From the IMG/VR virus record IMGVR_UViG_3300033076_000503, positions 1 through 34,174 of that record: a stretch of 34,174 bases of DNA. One strand, given 5' to 3'. Position numbers and translations under genes: made by a program. Below, one piece after another: positions 24,314 to 33,689 of the stretch (the stretch's first letter is position 1; every line of letters begins with the position of its first letter). The notes below the pieces were generated by a model. It saw only the letters and a list, made by a program, of their open reading frames with translations. It searched no databases and was not told the origin of the DNA. This DNA is from a virus. Lineage: Duplodnaviria; Caudoviricetes.

Positions 24314-25029
24314 GTTTCTGGATAGCCGGGGCTACTGTTGTCGCTGCTGGTGTCACGGCGGGGGCTGGCATCTACAATGCTAACAAACAGTCTGAGGCTG
24401 CCCAGAAAGCATCTGAGATCCAGTCCGGGGCAGCGCAGGCAGGGATTGATGAGCAGCGTCGACAATTTGATAAGATTCAGGAACTCCTCAAACCTTATAT
24501 TGACTCTGGTAATGCGGCCCTGAGAGCACAAAACGATATCAACGGGATCAACGGCCCATCTGCTCAAGCTGCTGCCATCGCGCAACTCGAGAATAGCCCG
24601 CAGTTTAAGTCAATCGTGGGACAAGGCGAGACGTCTATCTTACAGAATGCTGCCGCTACTGGCGGTGTGCGTGGTGGAAATACCCAGGGCGCATTGGCAC
24701 AGTTTAGGCCTGCGATGCTGTCACAGCTCATTACCGATCAATATTCCAGGCTCGGCGCTCAGACGCAGCTTGGCCAAGCATCGGCTGCTGGTCAGGCCTC
24801 CGCCGGTCAGCAGAACGCTAATAATGTCGCTGCCCTCCTTGGCCAACAGGGCGCGGCCCAAGCTGGTGGCGTTATCGGGCAGGCTAATGCAAACGCGAAC
24901 GCTGTCAATGCGATCACGGGTGGGATTGGTACAGTAAGCGGTATCAACTGGGGAGGGCTCTTCGGAGGAACAACTCCACCATCTCAAGGCGGTCAAACGC
25001 AGTCGCCAACAACGACTCCGCAAGGATGA
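24310..25029 (+). CDS. DNA ejection/transfer protein (P22 gp7-like)
   Basis: Hydrophobic N-terminus, Ala/Gly/Gln-rich, LKPYIDSG, AAATGGVRGGNTQGAL. Confidence 0.85.
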   Translation: MSFWIAGATVVAAGVTAGAGIYNANKQSEAAQKASEIQSGAAQAGIDEQRRQFDKIQELLKPYIDSGNAALRAQNDINGINGPSAQAAAIAQLENSPQFKSIVGQGETSILQNAAATGGVRGGNTQGALAQFRPAMLSQLITDQYSRLGAQTQLGQASAAGQASAGQQNANNVAALLGQQGAAQAGGVIGQANANANAVNAITGGIGTVSGINWGGLFGGTTPPSQGGQTQSPTTTPQG

Positions 25030-25035
25030 TGAAAT

Positions 25036-26343
25036 ATGAGTGATGGACCGATCAATTACACATCGCAATTTGCTCCTCCCGTTCCTCCCAATGTGGCGTT
25101 TGCACAAGGTCTAGCTTTGGCTGATCGCGCCAATCAGCAGATTGCGGTCAACCAGCAGCAGCAAGCCGCCATGAGCAGGCAGGATCAGATATCAAAGCTT
25201 CTGGAAAGGGTCAATGGACCGCAAGGTACGGCTAACGATAGAGCCCAATTAACCATGATGCTTAACCCGGACCAGGCTAAGGTTTTGCAAGATCACTTCT
25301 CTAGCATGGATAAACAGAAGCTTTCGGCTGCCGTTAGGGATTCCATGGCTATGTTTGTCGCGTTTGACCAGGGCGAGACTAAACTCGGTATTGATCTTAT
25401 GAAGCAGCAAGCCGAGGCAAGGCGCGCGTCTGGCGATGAGCCAGGCGCTAAGATGTTAGAAACATGGGTTCAGGTCGCTGAAGTTAATCCCAACGCTACC
25501 AAGAATTGGCTCGGCGGGATCATCCCCCTAAGTTCCGAGGGTAAGGATGCTATGCAGTCCTATCTCGACCAGAGGAAGTCGCCGCATGATATCAATCTTG
25601 TTGATGCCCAGGCTGCGCAAGCATGGGCTAATTCGGAGAAAGATCGATTGGCCGCTACCCGTGGCGTACCACTAAGTGCGTCTTCCGAGGGAATTGTTAA
25701 TAGGGCCATAGAAGACCAGGCGGATCAGTTATCTAAGGCCGCACAGTATTCCGATATCGCCAGCGCCATTGAGCGGGTATCTCCTGCTGGAGGTCTTGCT
25801 GGCAGAACGTGGGAAGAGGCTAAGAAACTTTTTGGTGGCCAGGATATTGTTACAACCCTAAAACAGGAATGGTTAAGGCTCAAGAACCCGGAAGTTCTCA
25901 AGAGCCTACCTCCCGGGGCAGCTTCGGACCTGGATATCAAAACGGCTCAGGCTGCATTCCCCGATGAAAACGCCAATCCAGCCCAGATAGCTTCATTCGC
26001 GCGCGGTATTGCAAAGCTCAAAACATACGAGGCATCTATTAATGGCCTCAAGGCTGGGTGGATCAGTGAGAATGGTAATTTGGGAACTGCCAAGAGCGAG
26101 TTCTCATTAACAATACCTGGCCAAACAGACCCCGTTACGATCAAAAGTGGTGAAACATTCAAGACGGTTCTGGACAAGTTGTCCGTTCCTAAGATTGCCA
26201 GCGCGCAGATTGGCGACACTGGGAAGCCAGCCACACTCACCATTACACTATCTGACGGTACCGTGGTAGGACCATTCCCCGATCAGAAGACACTCGAGTC
26301 CGCTAGAGCTGATGCGATCAAATCAGGGTTGATCAAGAAATGA
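25036..26343 (+). CDS. DNA ejection protein (gp20 position)
   Basis: Helical Gln/Ala-rich protein; LPPGAASDLD motif; synteny. Confidence 0.75.
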   Translation: MSDGPINYTSQFAPPVPPNVAFAQGLALADRANQQIAVNQQQQAAMSRQDQISKLLERVNGPQGTANDRAQLTMMLNPDQAKVLQDHFSSMDKQKLSAAVRDSMAMFVAFDQGETKLGIDLMKQQAEARRASGDEPGAKMLETWVQVAEVNPNATKNWLGGIIPLSSEGKDAMQSYLDQRKSPHDINLVDAQAAQAWANSEKDRLAATRGVPLSASSEGIVNRAIEDQADQLSKAAQYSDIASAIERVSPAGGLAGRTWEEAKKLFGGQDIVTTLKQEWLRLKNPEVLKSLPPGAASDLDIKTAQAAFPDENANPAQIASFARGIAKLKTYEASINGLKAGWISENGNLGTAKSEFSLTIPGQTDPVTIKSGETFKTVLDKLSVPKIASAQIGDTGKPATLTITLSDGTVVGPFPDQKTLESARADAIKSGLIKK

Positions 26344-28676
26344 GTGACCCCGCCGCTGATTTCGCCAAAAAATACGGAGTCAAGGTTATAAAACCTCAGA
26401 AGAGTGAAGAGCCAAGGGCTTCGGCTGAGGAGTTTGCTAAGAAATACGGCGTAGGCACAACAACGATATCGGGGGCTGATGCTATTTCTGGCAATTATCC
26501 TGATACTCCCGAGGCTAGGGCTAAGGCAGCCCAAGAAGCCATGGCGGCTCTCAATGGGTACCCGTCTGCCCAGGCTGCGAAGGATGCAGCTCCTGGGTTA
26601 TACGGAGCGATCACAAGGGGCGTTACTGAGGGGCTTCTCTCGCTCATAACGCCATCGTCTAAAGACAACCCGTTTCGCGGGATTGAAGCTGGCGATGAGT
26701 GGCGTAAACGTGGCGGCGAGTTCAAGCCAGAATACCTAGATCCCACAATTACGGATGCTGTAGCGAGTGAGCTAACAAAGCTAGGCGTCGCCGAGCCTAA
26801 GGATGCATCGCAAAGGATTCTCAAGTCTATTATCACTGGAGCGACGGCTGCTGGTACTGGCGTTGGTCTTGGTCGGGCGATTCCTGCTGAAATGGGAACG
26901 TTTTTCAAATCGCAACCATCCCAGCAAGTGGCCGCTGGCGCTGGTGCGATGGGGGCTTCTCAGACCGCCGCTGAGGCTGGGGCAACTGACCCGATATCCC
27001 AGGGTGCCGCGGGACTTCTTGGAGCTGTGACAAGCGCGGGCATAGCTGGGGCAAAGCCTAGCGTTGAGACAGGAATGAAGCCATTGCCGACGACAGACCT
27101 CAAAACTCTATTAAGGCGATCTGGTAATAAATCCGTCCAGGAACAGCTAGCGCAGAGGTTAGATGTCGATCCCGAAGGAATTGCCGCATCTCAGAGACTT
27201 GGTATGAATCTTCCTGCTGACGTTTTCGCTCGCAATACCCAGATGAAAGAGCTTGCTGGCGTGACCAGAGGCGTTAGGGGTAGCGCGGCTAGTGAGGACT
27301 GGGCTAATGTCTTAGCAGATTCTCTCGATAGAGCTGACGAGACGCTGAAAAACATTGGGGTGGTTTATGAAAACGGTAAGCCATCCCTCCCTGTTGTGTC
27401 TGCCAACGTACTCCACGATTTAGCGAAGGCTAGGGATGCTAACATCACGGCGGCGAAAGAAGTCTTTAAGCGTGTTGATGAGGTTGTCCCTAAGGCTACT
27501 CCCGTCGAGCTTCCTAATACCGCCAAGGCCCTGCAAGACATTAAAGCTGAAGTTGGGGACCAAATATACCCACAGGAGCAGGCACTTCTCGATTCTATCG
27601 CCAAAGGGAATCTTACCTACGGGGGATTTATTAGGATCAAGAACTCAATCGGGGAGGCTCTGGGCGGCCAGGGACCATATGCTGACCTTAAAGGCGCTTC
27701 CGCCGCGAGACTTTATGATGCGCTTAAAGAAGACCAGAAGTTTAATGTAGGCAAGCTTGGTAGCCCTGATCTTGTTACTGAACTTGATGCTGCAAATGCT
27801 GCCTATAGGAAGGGCTCGGAGCTTAGAGACCTCGTTATTCGCGGGTTTGGTGAGAATGAAACAGGCGGAATTGGGTCCAAGTTGGTTGCGGCCCTCGATC
27901 CATCAAGCCTCAAGAAAGACGCATCACAGTTTAATAAGGCGATGGAGTTTGTCCCCGACGACCTCAAAGGTCAGGCTATCGCTACAGCCATAGCTTCGAA
28001 ATCTAGGGCTACAAGTGGCGATAAATCAGTTTTCAGCCCCAATAGCTATGCTGACGTTTACGAGGGCATACTTAGCAACAAGGACGTGGCTAAGCAAGTT
28101 TTCTCCTCTCTCCCAGAAGGGTCGTATCAGTTTATGTCTGACCTCTATTCAGTCTCAAAGGCTATTAGAAACGCACAAAACGCCATATCGAGAACGGGCG
28201 CGTCAATGCAGGCCTTCAAGGATACACTTGGTGCCGATAGCCTCATAGATAGCGTGATGAATGCCGCGACAAGGGCCGGTGCCGGTGCTGTTGGCGGAGC
28301 TATAGGTACAACTGTTGCTGGACCTGGCATTGGTACTGCTGCTGGTATCGCGGGCGGATACGCTCTTGGCGACTCGTTGATTAAAGGAAGGCCAGCAGCT
28401 CTAGCTAAGGCTGGCAAGCTTCTCAGAAGTGAGAAGTTCCAGAAGATGGCCATAGATGCGGCAACTAAGAAGACTTCGCCCAATGTTGCCAATGTTGCCA
28501 ACTCTGAAGAGTTCAAGGCATTTGCCGATTCTATCGGAGTTCCCAAGGACCAAAGGTACTCTTGGCTTGTTGGCGCGCTCGTTGGGTCTAACCCACAGAC
28601 ATCCATCGAAATAAATCGAAACAAACCACAGCCCATGTCAGCGCTCGAGGCAAATCGCGCCAAAGGAAGGTCGTAA
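26340..28676 (+). CDS. Large DNA ejection protein (gp16 position)
   Basis: 778 aa, helical, with Gly/Ala-rich hydrophobic segments; synteny. Confidence 0.75.
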   Translation: MSDPAADFAKKYGVKVIKPQKSEEPRASAEEFAKKYGVGTTTISGADAISGNYPDTPEARAKAAQEAMAALNGYPSAQAAKDAAPGLYGAITRGVTEGLLSLITPSSKDNPFRGIEAGDEWRKRGGEFKPEYLDPTITDAVASELTKLGVAEPKDASQRILKSIITGATAAGTGVGLGRAIPAEMGTFFKSQPSQQVAAGAGAMGASQTAAEAGATDPISQGAAGLLGAVTSAGIAGAKPSVETGMKPLPTTDLKTLLRRSGNKSVQEQLAQRLDVDPEGIAASQRLGMNLPADVFARNTQMKELAGVTRGVRGSAASEDWANVLADSLDRADETLKNIGVVYENGKPSLPVVSANVLHDLAKARDANITAAKEVFKRVDEVVPKATPVELPNTAKALQDIKAEVGDQIYPQEQALLDSIAKGNLTYGGFIRIKNSIGEALGGQGPYADLKGASAARLYDALKEDQKFNVGKLGSPDLVTELDAANAAYRKGSELRDLVIRGFGENETGGIGSKLVAALDPSSLKKDASQFNKAMEFVPDDLKGQAIATAIASKSRATSGDKSVFSPNSYADVYEGILSNKDVAKQVFSSLPEGSYQFMSDLYSVSKAIRNAQNAISRTGASMQAFKDTLGADSLIDSVMNAATRAGAGAVGGAIGTTVAGPGIGTAAGIAGGYALGDSLIKGRPAALAKAGKLLRSEKFQKMAIDAATKKTSPNVANVANSEEFKAFADSIGVPKDQRYSWLVGALVGSNPQTSIEINRNKPQPMSALEANRAKGRS

Positions 28677-30805
28677 TGTCGACTTTAGTTCAATCACCTT
28701 TCGAAGTTTTCTTGGATAGAGATGGCACGCCACTGGAAGGTGGAAAGGTCTATATCGGTACCGTTGGGCAGAACCCGGAAACCAACCCCATCAATGTATT
28801 TTGGGATTCGGCACTCACAATACCGGCTGCGCAGCCTATCCGGACTAGTGGCGGCTACCCGTATTTATCGGGCACCCCGGCGCGAGTATTCGTGTCAGAT
28901 GATTATTCGATCACCGTCAAGGATAGGAATGATGCTCTTGTGTTTTCCGATTGGTCTGGGTCTGCATTCTCAGCATCATCGCTATTGGCAAAGATCAAGA
29001 GTTTGGATGGATCTGGATCTGGCCTTGTAGCGGAAGGGTTGCAGTCTACACAGATCACTGACCTAAACTTCGACCCGACACTCTTAGGTCTAAGTGTTCG
29101 TGAGATGCGCGCCTATGCCACATCATTAAATCCGGCTAACCCTCCAGTCGCAGGGTATGACTATTATCTTGTCCAGCTTCTCTATGTTGCCACCGGAGAG
29201 TTCCGCGTTGTCGTGACGCCATTTGGCGCCAACGGCATACAGTACGGGCGAATATGGACAGCCAGTGCATGGGGATCTTGGCTCCCGCTTAGCGCCACTG
29301 GGTCAAATCCTTTCCTATTCGGCACTAGGAACATAGGCATTGGAACTGGGGCGCTATCAGTACTAACATTGGGGACTGATAACGTAGCTGTGGGTAATAG
29401 CGCGCTTAATTCCGTGACGACTGGCGTTGGAAACGTCGCTATAGGATCAAGTGCGCTAGCTCTAAGCGCCACAGCAAGTAATAACATTGCTATAGGGTTG
29501 AATGCTCTAGCGGCTAATACTACGGGAACGCCCAATCTTGCCATAGGCACGTCGGCACTTGGGGCTAATACTACTGGGATCAATAATATTGCCATAGGCC
29601 ATAACGCTCTCGCCGTGAGCACTGTAGCTGTATCGAACATAGCCATTGGATCGGGCGCGCTATCATTAACAACTACCGGGTCGACGAACATAGCTATAGG
29701 TAAATCATCCTTAGCATCGAATACTACCGGTTCGACGAACATAGCTATAGGTAATGATACGCTAAACGCCAACACTATTGGCACCAACAATGTAGCTATC
29801 GGTCCCTCGGCACTGAATAAAAGTACTATAGCGTCAAATAGCGTTGCTATTGGAACAGCTTCTCTATTTTCAAATACTACAGGTGCTGATAGCATTGCCA
29901 TTGGTAATAATACTCTGTTCTTCAACACGACTGGATCTAATAATATTGCCATAGGATCAAGCTCAATGATGGCTAATACAACTGGAGCGAACAATACGGC
30001 ATTGGGTTACCAATCACTGGCTGCTAATACTACTGGCATAAGCAACACAGCTCTAGGGTACCAATCATTATTGGCCAATACTAATGGAACGACTAACACG
30101 GCGGTAGGATACCAGTCATTGGCAGCAAACACTACGGGCGCGACAAATACCGCCGTTGGGTATCAGTCATTAGCAGCCAATACCACAGGGGCGACTAATA
30201 CAGCCATTGGGTACCAGTCGCTCGTAGCTAATACTACAGGCATCAACAATACAGCCCTTGGATACCAGGCGCTTAACACCACGACCACCGGAACAAACAA
30301 CACTGCCATAGGCTACCAGGCAACAGCCGCCGCCGCCGGTTCGACGAACTCTGTAACTCTTGGGAATGGCTCGGTAACCATCATTCGAGCCGCCGTGACA
30401 ACGATAACAGCGATTTCTGACAAGCGAGACAAAATCGATATAGATGATTTGCCACCCATGCTTGATGTGATCAAATCTGTTAAGCCTGTCACGTTTCGGT
30501 GGGATCTTCGAGAGAGATATGCCACCAAAGACAATACTGGTGACGTTATGCGCGATCAGGATGGTATGCCGATATACGATAAACCATCTGACGGGTCGCT
30601 AGCGGATGACCATTTTACCATGGGTATCATTAGCCAGGAACTTAAAGAGCTTCAGGAGAGGTTTAATATGCCTTGGCTGAGTTTGGTATATGATGAGAAC
30701 CCAAATAGAATTGAGGCCAGGCCAGGCAATCTCCTATTACCAGCCATAAAGGCCATTCAGGAGTTGGCCGAACGTGTCGAGTCTCTAGAGGCTAAGCTTG
30801 CGTAA
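28676..30805 (+). CDS. Tailspike/tail fibre: P22-type head-binding domain, 17-aa repeat region, C-terminal S74 intramolecular chaperone
   Basis: SPFEVFLDRDGTPLEGGKVYIG...NPETNPINVFWD; repeats; SDKRDK...KPVTFRW...GIISQEL...IKAIQEL. Confidence 0.92.
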   Translation: MSTLVQSPFEVFLDRDGTPLEGGKVYIGTVGQNPETNPINVFWDSALTIPAAQPIRTSGGYPYLSGTPARVFVSDDYSITVKDRNDALVFSDWSGSAFSASSLLAKIKSLDGSGSGLVAEGLQSTQITDLNFDPTLLGLSVREMRAYATSLNPANPPVAGYDYYLVQLLYVATGEFRVVVTPFGANGIQYGRIWTASAWGSWLPLSATGSNPFLFGTRNIGIGTGALSVLTLGTDNVAVGNSALNSVTTGVGNVAIGSSALALSATASNNIAIGLNALAANTTGTPNLAIGTSALGANTTGINNIAIGHNALAVSTVAVSNIAIGSGALSLTTTGSTNIAIGKSSLASNTTGSTNIAIGNDTLNANTIGTNNVAIGPSALNKSTIASNSVAIGTASLFSNTTGADSIAIGNNTLFFNTTGSNNIAIGSSSMMANTTGANNTALGYQSLAANTTGISNTALGYQSLLANTNGTTNTAVGYQSLAANTTGATNTAVGYQSLAANTTGATNTAIGYQSLVANTTGINNTALGYQALNTTTTGTNNTAIGYQATAAAAGSTNSVTLGNGSVTIIRAAVTTITAISDKRDKIDIDDLPPMLDVIKSVKPVTFRWDLRERYATKDNTGDVMRDQDGMPIYDKPSDGSLADDHFTMGIISQELKELQERFNMPWLSLVYDENPNRIEARPGNLLLPAIKAIQELAERVESLEAKLA
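29330..30349 (+). repeat. 20 tandem 51-nt (17-aa) coding repeats, consensus N-x-A-(I/L/V)-G-x-x-(A/S)-L-x-x-N-T-T-G-x-x
   Basis: Counted from the translation; constant 51-nt period. Confidence 0.9.
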
Positions 30806-31448
30806 GGTGATGATAGGGACGCCATGTTATACTGGGAACGTCCATTGTCGCTATACGAATGCCATGGCCGCAACCATCAAGCTTGGTCTAAGGCTTGGCA
30901 TTGATATTTACCCACTGTTTATCCCGGGCCAAGCTATGATTCATACGGCAAGAAATGACGTTATAAGACATTTCTTGTCTACCGATTGCACAGATCTTGT
31001 ATTCATCGATTCTGACATAGGGTGGGAGGCTGAAGACTTCTTTCGGCTCATTAACGCCGACGTTGACGCGATTGGCGCAACTTATAGATACAAATCTCCG
31101 GACGTAAGATTTGTTATGAAAACATTGAATGGCGACGTGCCAGACCTAACCGTCAACCCGACAAAAGTTGCTGGACTTGGAATGGGATTCTTTAGGCTTT
31201 CCCGTGCTGCTATACAGAGGCTTTGGGAACAGTCGGAAGAGTATATGGCGCCAGATGGCGTAGCCTATAGGTCTGTCTTTGAGTTCAAGATTGTTGATGG
31301 TAAAGAGGTGGGTGAGGATATCGCCATGTGTATGAAGCTGCCTGAGGTGTATCTTGATATGGGTATTGTTATTCAGCACTGTGGCGAGGCTATCTACATG
31401 GGATCACCGATGCAGTGGCTAGAGTCAATTAAGGGTGAGTCTATATGA
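30798..31448 (+). CDS. GT-A fold glycosyltransferase-like protein
   Basis: KVMIGTP, ARNDVIRHFL, LVFIDSD (DxD), GMGFFRLSR, GED, terminal HCG; overlaps the tailspike stop. Confidence 0.85.
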   Translation: MRKVMIGTPCYTGNVHCRYTNAMAATIKLGLRLGIDIYPLFIPGQAMIHTARNDVIRHFLSTDCTDLVFIDSDIGWEAEDFFRLINADVDAIGATYRYKSPDVRFVMKTLNGDVPDLTVNPTKVAGLGMGFFRLSRAAIQRLWEQSEEYMAPDGVAYRSVFEFKIVDGKEVGEDIAMCMKLPEVYLDMGIVIQHCGEAIYMGSPMQWLESIKGESI

Positions 31449-31465
31449 TGCATACGAGTGCTTCG

Positions 31466-31879
31466 TTATATCTTGCCAGAGAGCCTCACAAAGAGTGTAT
31501 CAGCCGATCCAAATATCTTTTGGCTGATTATCTTACCAGCAACAAGGTTTTCGACTGAATGCGTACATATATGTTCAAAACCAACCGTGAGTTCTTTCCA
31601 TATGATACCACTCCGAAATGTATAAGTGTCTTGCAAAGGCGCCATTTGAAGCATCGAGTTACTTTTAACGAACTCATTCCTAATGCTAGTGCCAATATAA
31701 ATACCGTCTTCACCCTTCTGGCCATCAAAGATCGGGTAGCTAAGAGTAAACCCATATTCTCCATAATACATCGGGCTAATACGGTATACATTCCGAGCAT
31801 CGCCAGAGACATCAACCGACGGAATGGCACCCCCTTCAATAGACCATGCAAGGGTAAGGATCTGAAACAGAGAGTTCAT
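31466..31879 (-). CDS. Antisense moron; putative beta-stranded outer-membrane-like protein
   Basis: AGGAGG RBS; alternating hydrophobic/aromatic strands; AT-rich; opposite strand to neighbours. Confidence 0.7.
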   Translation of the reverse strand: MNSLFQILTLAWSIEGGAIPSVDVSGDARNVYRISPMYYGEYGFTLSYPIFDGQKGEDGIYIGTSIRNEFVKSNSMLQMAPLQDTYTFRSGIIWKELTVGFEHICTHSVENLVAGKIISQKIFGSADTLFVRLSGKI

Positions 31880-31989
31880 GGTAGCCTCCTATCAAAGAGT
31901 CTGGGGCTAATCCGCAATGTTATCAAGAACAACATTCTGGACTTTCCGTCATATGACATAGGGATTAAAATGCTAGAAGGATGCGTTGA

Positions 31990-32139
31990 ATGCCGCTGAA
32001 GAAAGGATCGTCGAGAAAAGTTATCTCAGAGAACATCAGCAAAGAGATGCACTCTGGTAAGCCTCAGAAGCAAGCCATAGCCATCGCATTGAGCGAGGCC
32101 AGGAAGTATAAGAAATCTAAGAAGGCTAAGAAGAAGTAG
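31990..32139 (+). CDS. Small basic phage protein (49 aa; [38 protein letters not shown]...), absent from the ORF track
   Basis: Translated by hand; recognisable MPLKKG...QAIAIA phage motif; Lys-rich tail. Confidence 0.85.
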   Translation: MPLKKGSSRKVISENISKEMHSGKPQKQAIAIALSEARKYKKSKKAKKK

Positions 32140-32147
32140 GAGGTCCT

Positions 32148-32537
32148 ATGTCCATCATTCGTAATTTCGTGACCAAGATTCCACTGGCGTGCGGGGTTGA
32201 CCCCATCATCGCCAAGGAGTTTGGCAAGCTCAACAAACGTCTTTTCGACCTGGAAAAGCGCAACCCCAACGGCCCACTCAACCGCAAGCGGTTCGTCAGT
32301 GTCGCCGACCGTCTCGCTGTTGGTATCGACCCGTGGAAACGGTTCGCCGACCCGCGAAAGCTCGCCTATGCCGTAGCTCTGCTTGAGTTCGCAGCCAAGA
32401 CCATCGACGCTAACGGCGGGGAATGGAAGGGCAAGAAAGAGGCCAAGTCTGCCCTCGCGCTTCGTCAGGCTGACAACCCCGAGGTCGCGGCGCTCATGAC
32501 CGTGGAGCAGGCGGCCACTATGGGTAACTGGGCATGA
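32148..32537 (+). CDS. Hypothetical protein (129 aa)
   Basis: AGGAGGT RBS; coupled to the next gene. Confidence 0.8.
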   Translation: MSIIRNFVTKIPLACGVDPIIAKEFGKLNKRLFDLEKRNPNGPLNRKRFVSVADRLAVGIDPWKRFADPRKLAYAVALLEFAAKTIDANGGEWKGKKEAKSALALRQADNPEVAALMTVEQAATMGNWA

Positions 32538-32737
32538 AAATCAAACTGTCAACCGGCACGGAAATCATCTTGACGGCGAAGGAGTTCGAGGAGTTGCGTC
32601 TAGCGGCCGCGCTAATGCAGCCTCAGCCGATACAGCCCGTCATCCATCCACACCCATGGCCATCATATGGTGCGACATGCGGATGCGGTGCATGTAGTGG
32701 CGATGGATACGGGTCTAATACGAGGACATTGACATGA
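32534..32737 (+). CDS. Hypothetical protein (67 aa)
   Basis: ATGA coupling on both sides. Confidence 0.6.
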   Translation: MKIKLSTGTEIILTAKEFEELRLAAALMQPQPIQPVIHPHPWPSYGATCGCGACSGDGYGSNTRTLT

Positions 32738-33309
32738 CTCTGCACCAGGTGATCGGCAGGATTTGCGCTGTTTTCTCGGTTGTTGTCTTCACGTACAACG
32801 TTTTCACACCCCACAACCCCGACCACTGGCTCAACCTTGCCGAGACCCTGGTACTTTCTATTCTTTTCATCACGGCGCTCTACTTCTCCCCTAAGGTGGC
32901 GAAGACGCTTCACGTACTCCTTTTCATGGCTATGTCGACCATAGCTGTCTTTACCGACACCGGCTTTGCCTTTAGTGCGTTTATGGCCGTGTCGACGTTT
33001 ATCCTGATCTACGCATATGGCGGTTTCAAGACGATGGCAGCTTGGAAACTGCCCATTGCCGCCGTGGTCTGCTATAGCGTATGCACTGTTGGTGTTTTGC
33101 ATTATAGCGAGTTGACGGTTGCAGCGTTTAGCCAGGCTGCTATCTGGGCGCTTTTCATTGCCCTTTTCATCACCTTCCTGTGGCTCGTCGAGCGTGAGAT
33201 TAGACGACGATTCTACGCGGACTTTGCATCCGAACTCATCCAGCAAAATCACGACCTACTTCAAGAGATACGACAACTTCACAAAGGGTGCAAAGATGAC
33301 AGAGATTGA
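32734..33309 (+). CDS. Multi-pass membrane protein (about 5-6 hydrophobic segments)
   Basis: GAGG RBS; long hydrophobic stretches; charged C-terminal helix. Confidence 0.8.
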   Translation: MTLHQVIGRICAVFSVVVFTYNVFTPHNPDHWLNLAETLVLSILFITALYFSPKVAKTLHVLLFMAMSTIAVFTDTGFAFSAFMAVSTFILIYAYGGFKTMAAWKLPIAAVVCYSVCTVGVLHYSELTVAAFSQAAIWALFIALFITFLWLVEREIRRRFYADFASELIQQNHDLLQEIRQLHKGCKDDRD

Positions 33310-33652
33310 GAGGCTTGCAGAATTGGAGAAGAAACAGGCGCTACACGAGGCGGCTGTGAAATCTTGGCAGGAGGCGCATGAGGAGCGAATGAGCTTCCAA
33401 ATGACCGCTTTTTCTCAGCGTCTTGAAACCGTCGAGGTGACACAGATGTCTATGCATCAAACAATGAGCGGGGTCAAGGAAGGGCTCGACAAGATCGTTG
33501 ATCGGCTAGACCGAGAAGCCGCGATCAAGGAAGCCATTAGCGGCGACCGAAGAAAACGCAAGATGGACCTCAAGGATTGGATGCAAATATTCCTCGGGAT
33601 CATTGGCGCGGTTGCCATTATCCTCCCCGTCGTCAAATCCATGATCAATTAA
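33296..33652 (+). CDS. Coiled-coil protein with one C-terminal TM segment (holin/XhlA-like architecture)
   Basis: MTEIERLAELEKKQ...; IFLGIIGAVAIILPVV. Confidence 0.7.
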   Translation: MTEIERLAELEKKQALHEAAVKSWQEAHEERMSFQMTAFSQRLETVEVTQMSMHQTMSGVKEGLDKIVDRLDREAAIKEAISGDRRKRKMDLKDWMQIFLGIIGAVAIILPVVKSMIN

Positions 33653-33654
33653 TC

Positions 33655-33682
33655 TTGACATCTCACTAAATCGTGTTACTCT
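33655..33682 (+). promoter_or_regulatory. Promoter TTGACA-N16-TACTCT with extended -10
   Basis: Perfect -35 and TG motif; predicted start ~33689-33690; no ORF directly downstream. Confidence 0.7.
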
Positions 33683-33689
33683 AACCAAC

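Noticed and set aside
29330-30349. Diversity-generating retroelement TR/VR pair or CRISPR array in the tailspike repeats
   Set aside because: The repeats are in-frame coding units differing at all bases in third positions, not only at adenines; there is no reverse transcriptase, no unique spacers and no cas genes in the window
31559-31999. + strand 146-aa ORF
   Set aside because: It overlaps the - strand gene 31466-31879, which has a strong AGGAGG RBS and more protein-like composition
5506-33252. Long antisense ORFs in the track (e.g. 5506-6171, 8982-9683, 18335-19132, 29182-29994, 32623-33252)
   Set aside because: They shadow well-supported + strand genes, lack RBSs and have no protein-family motifs
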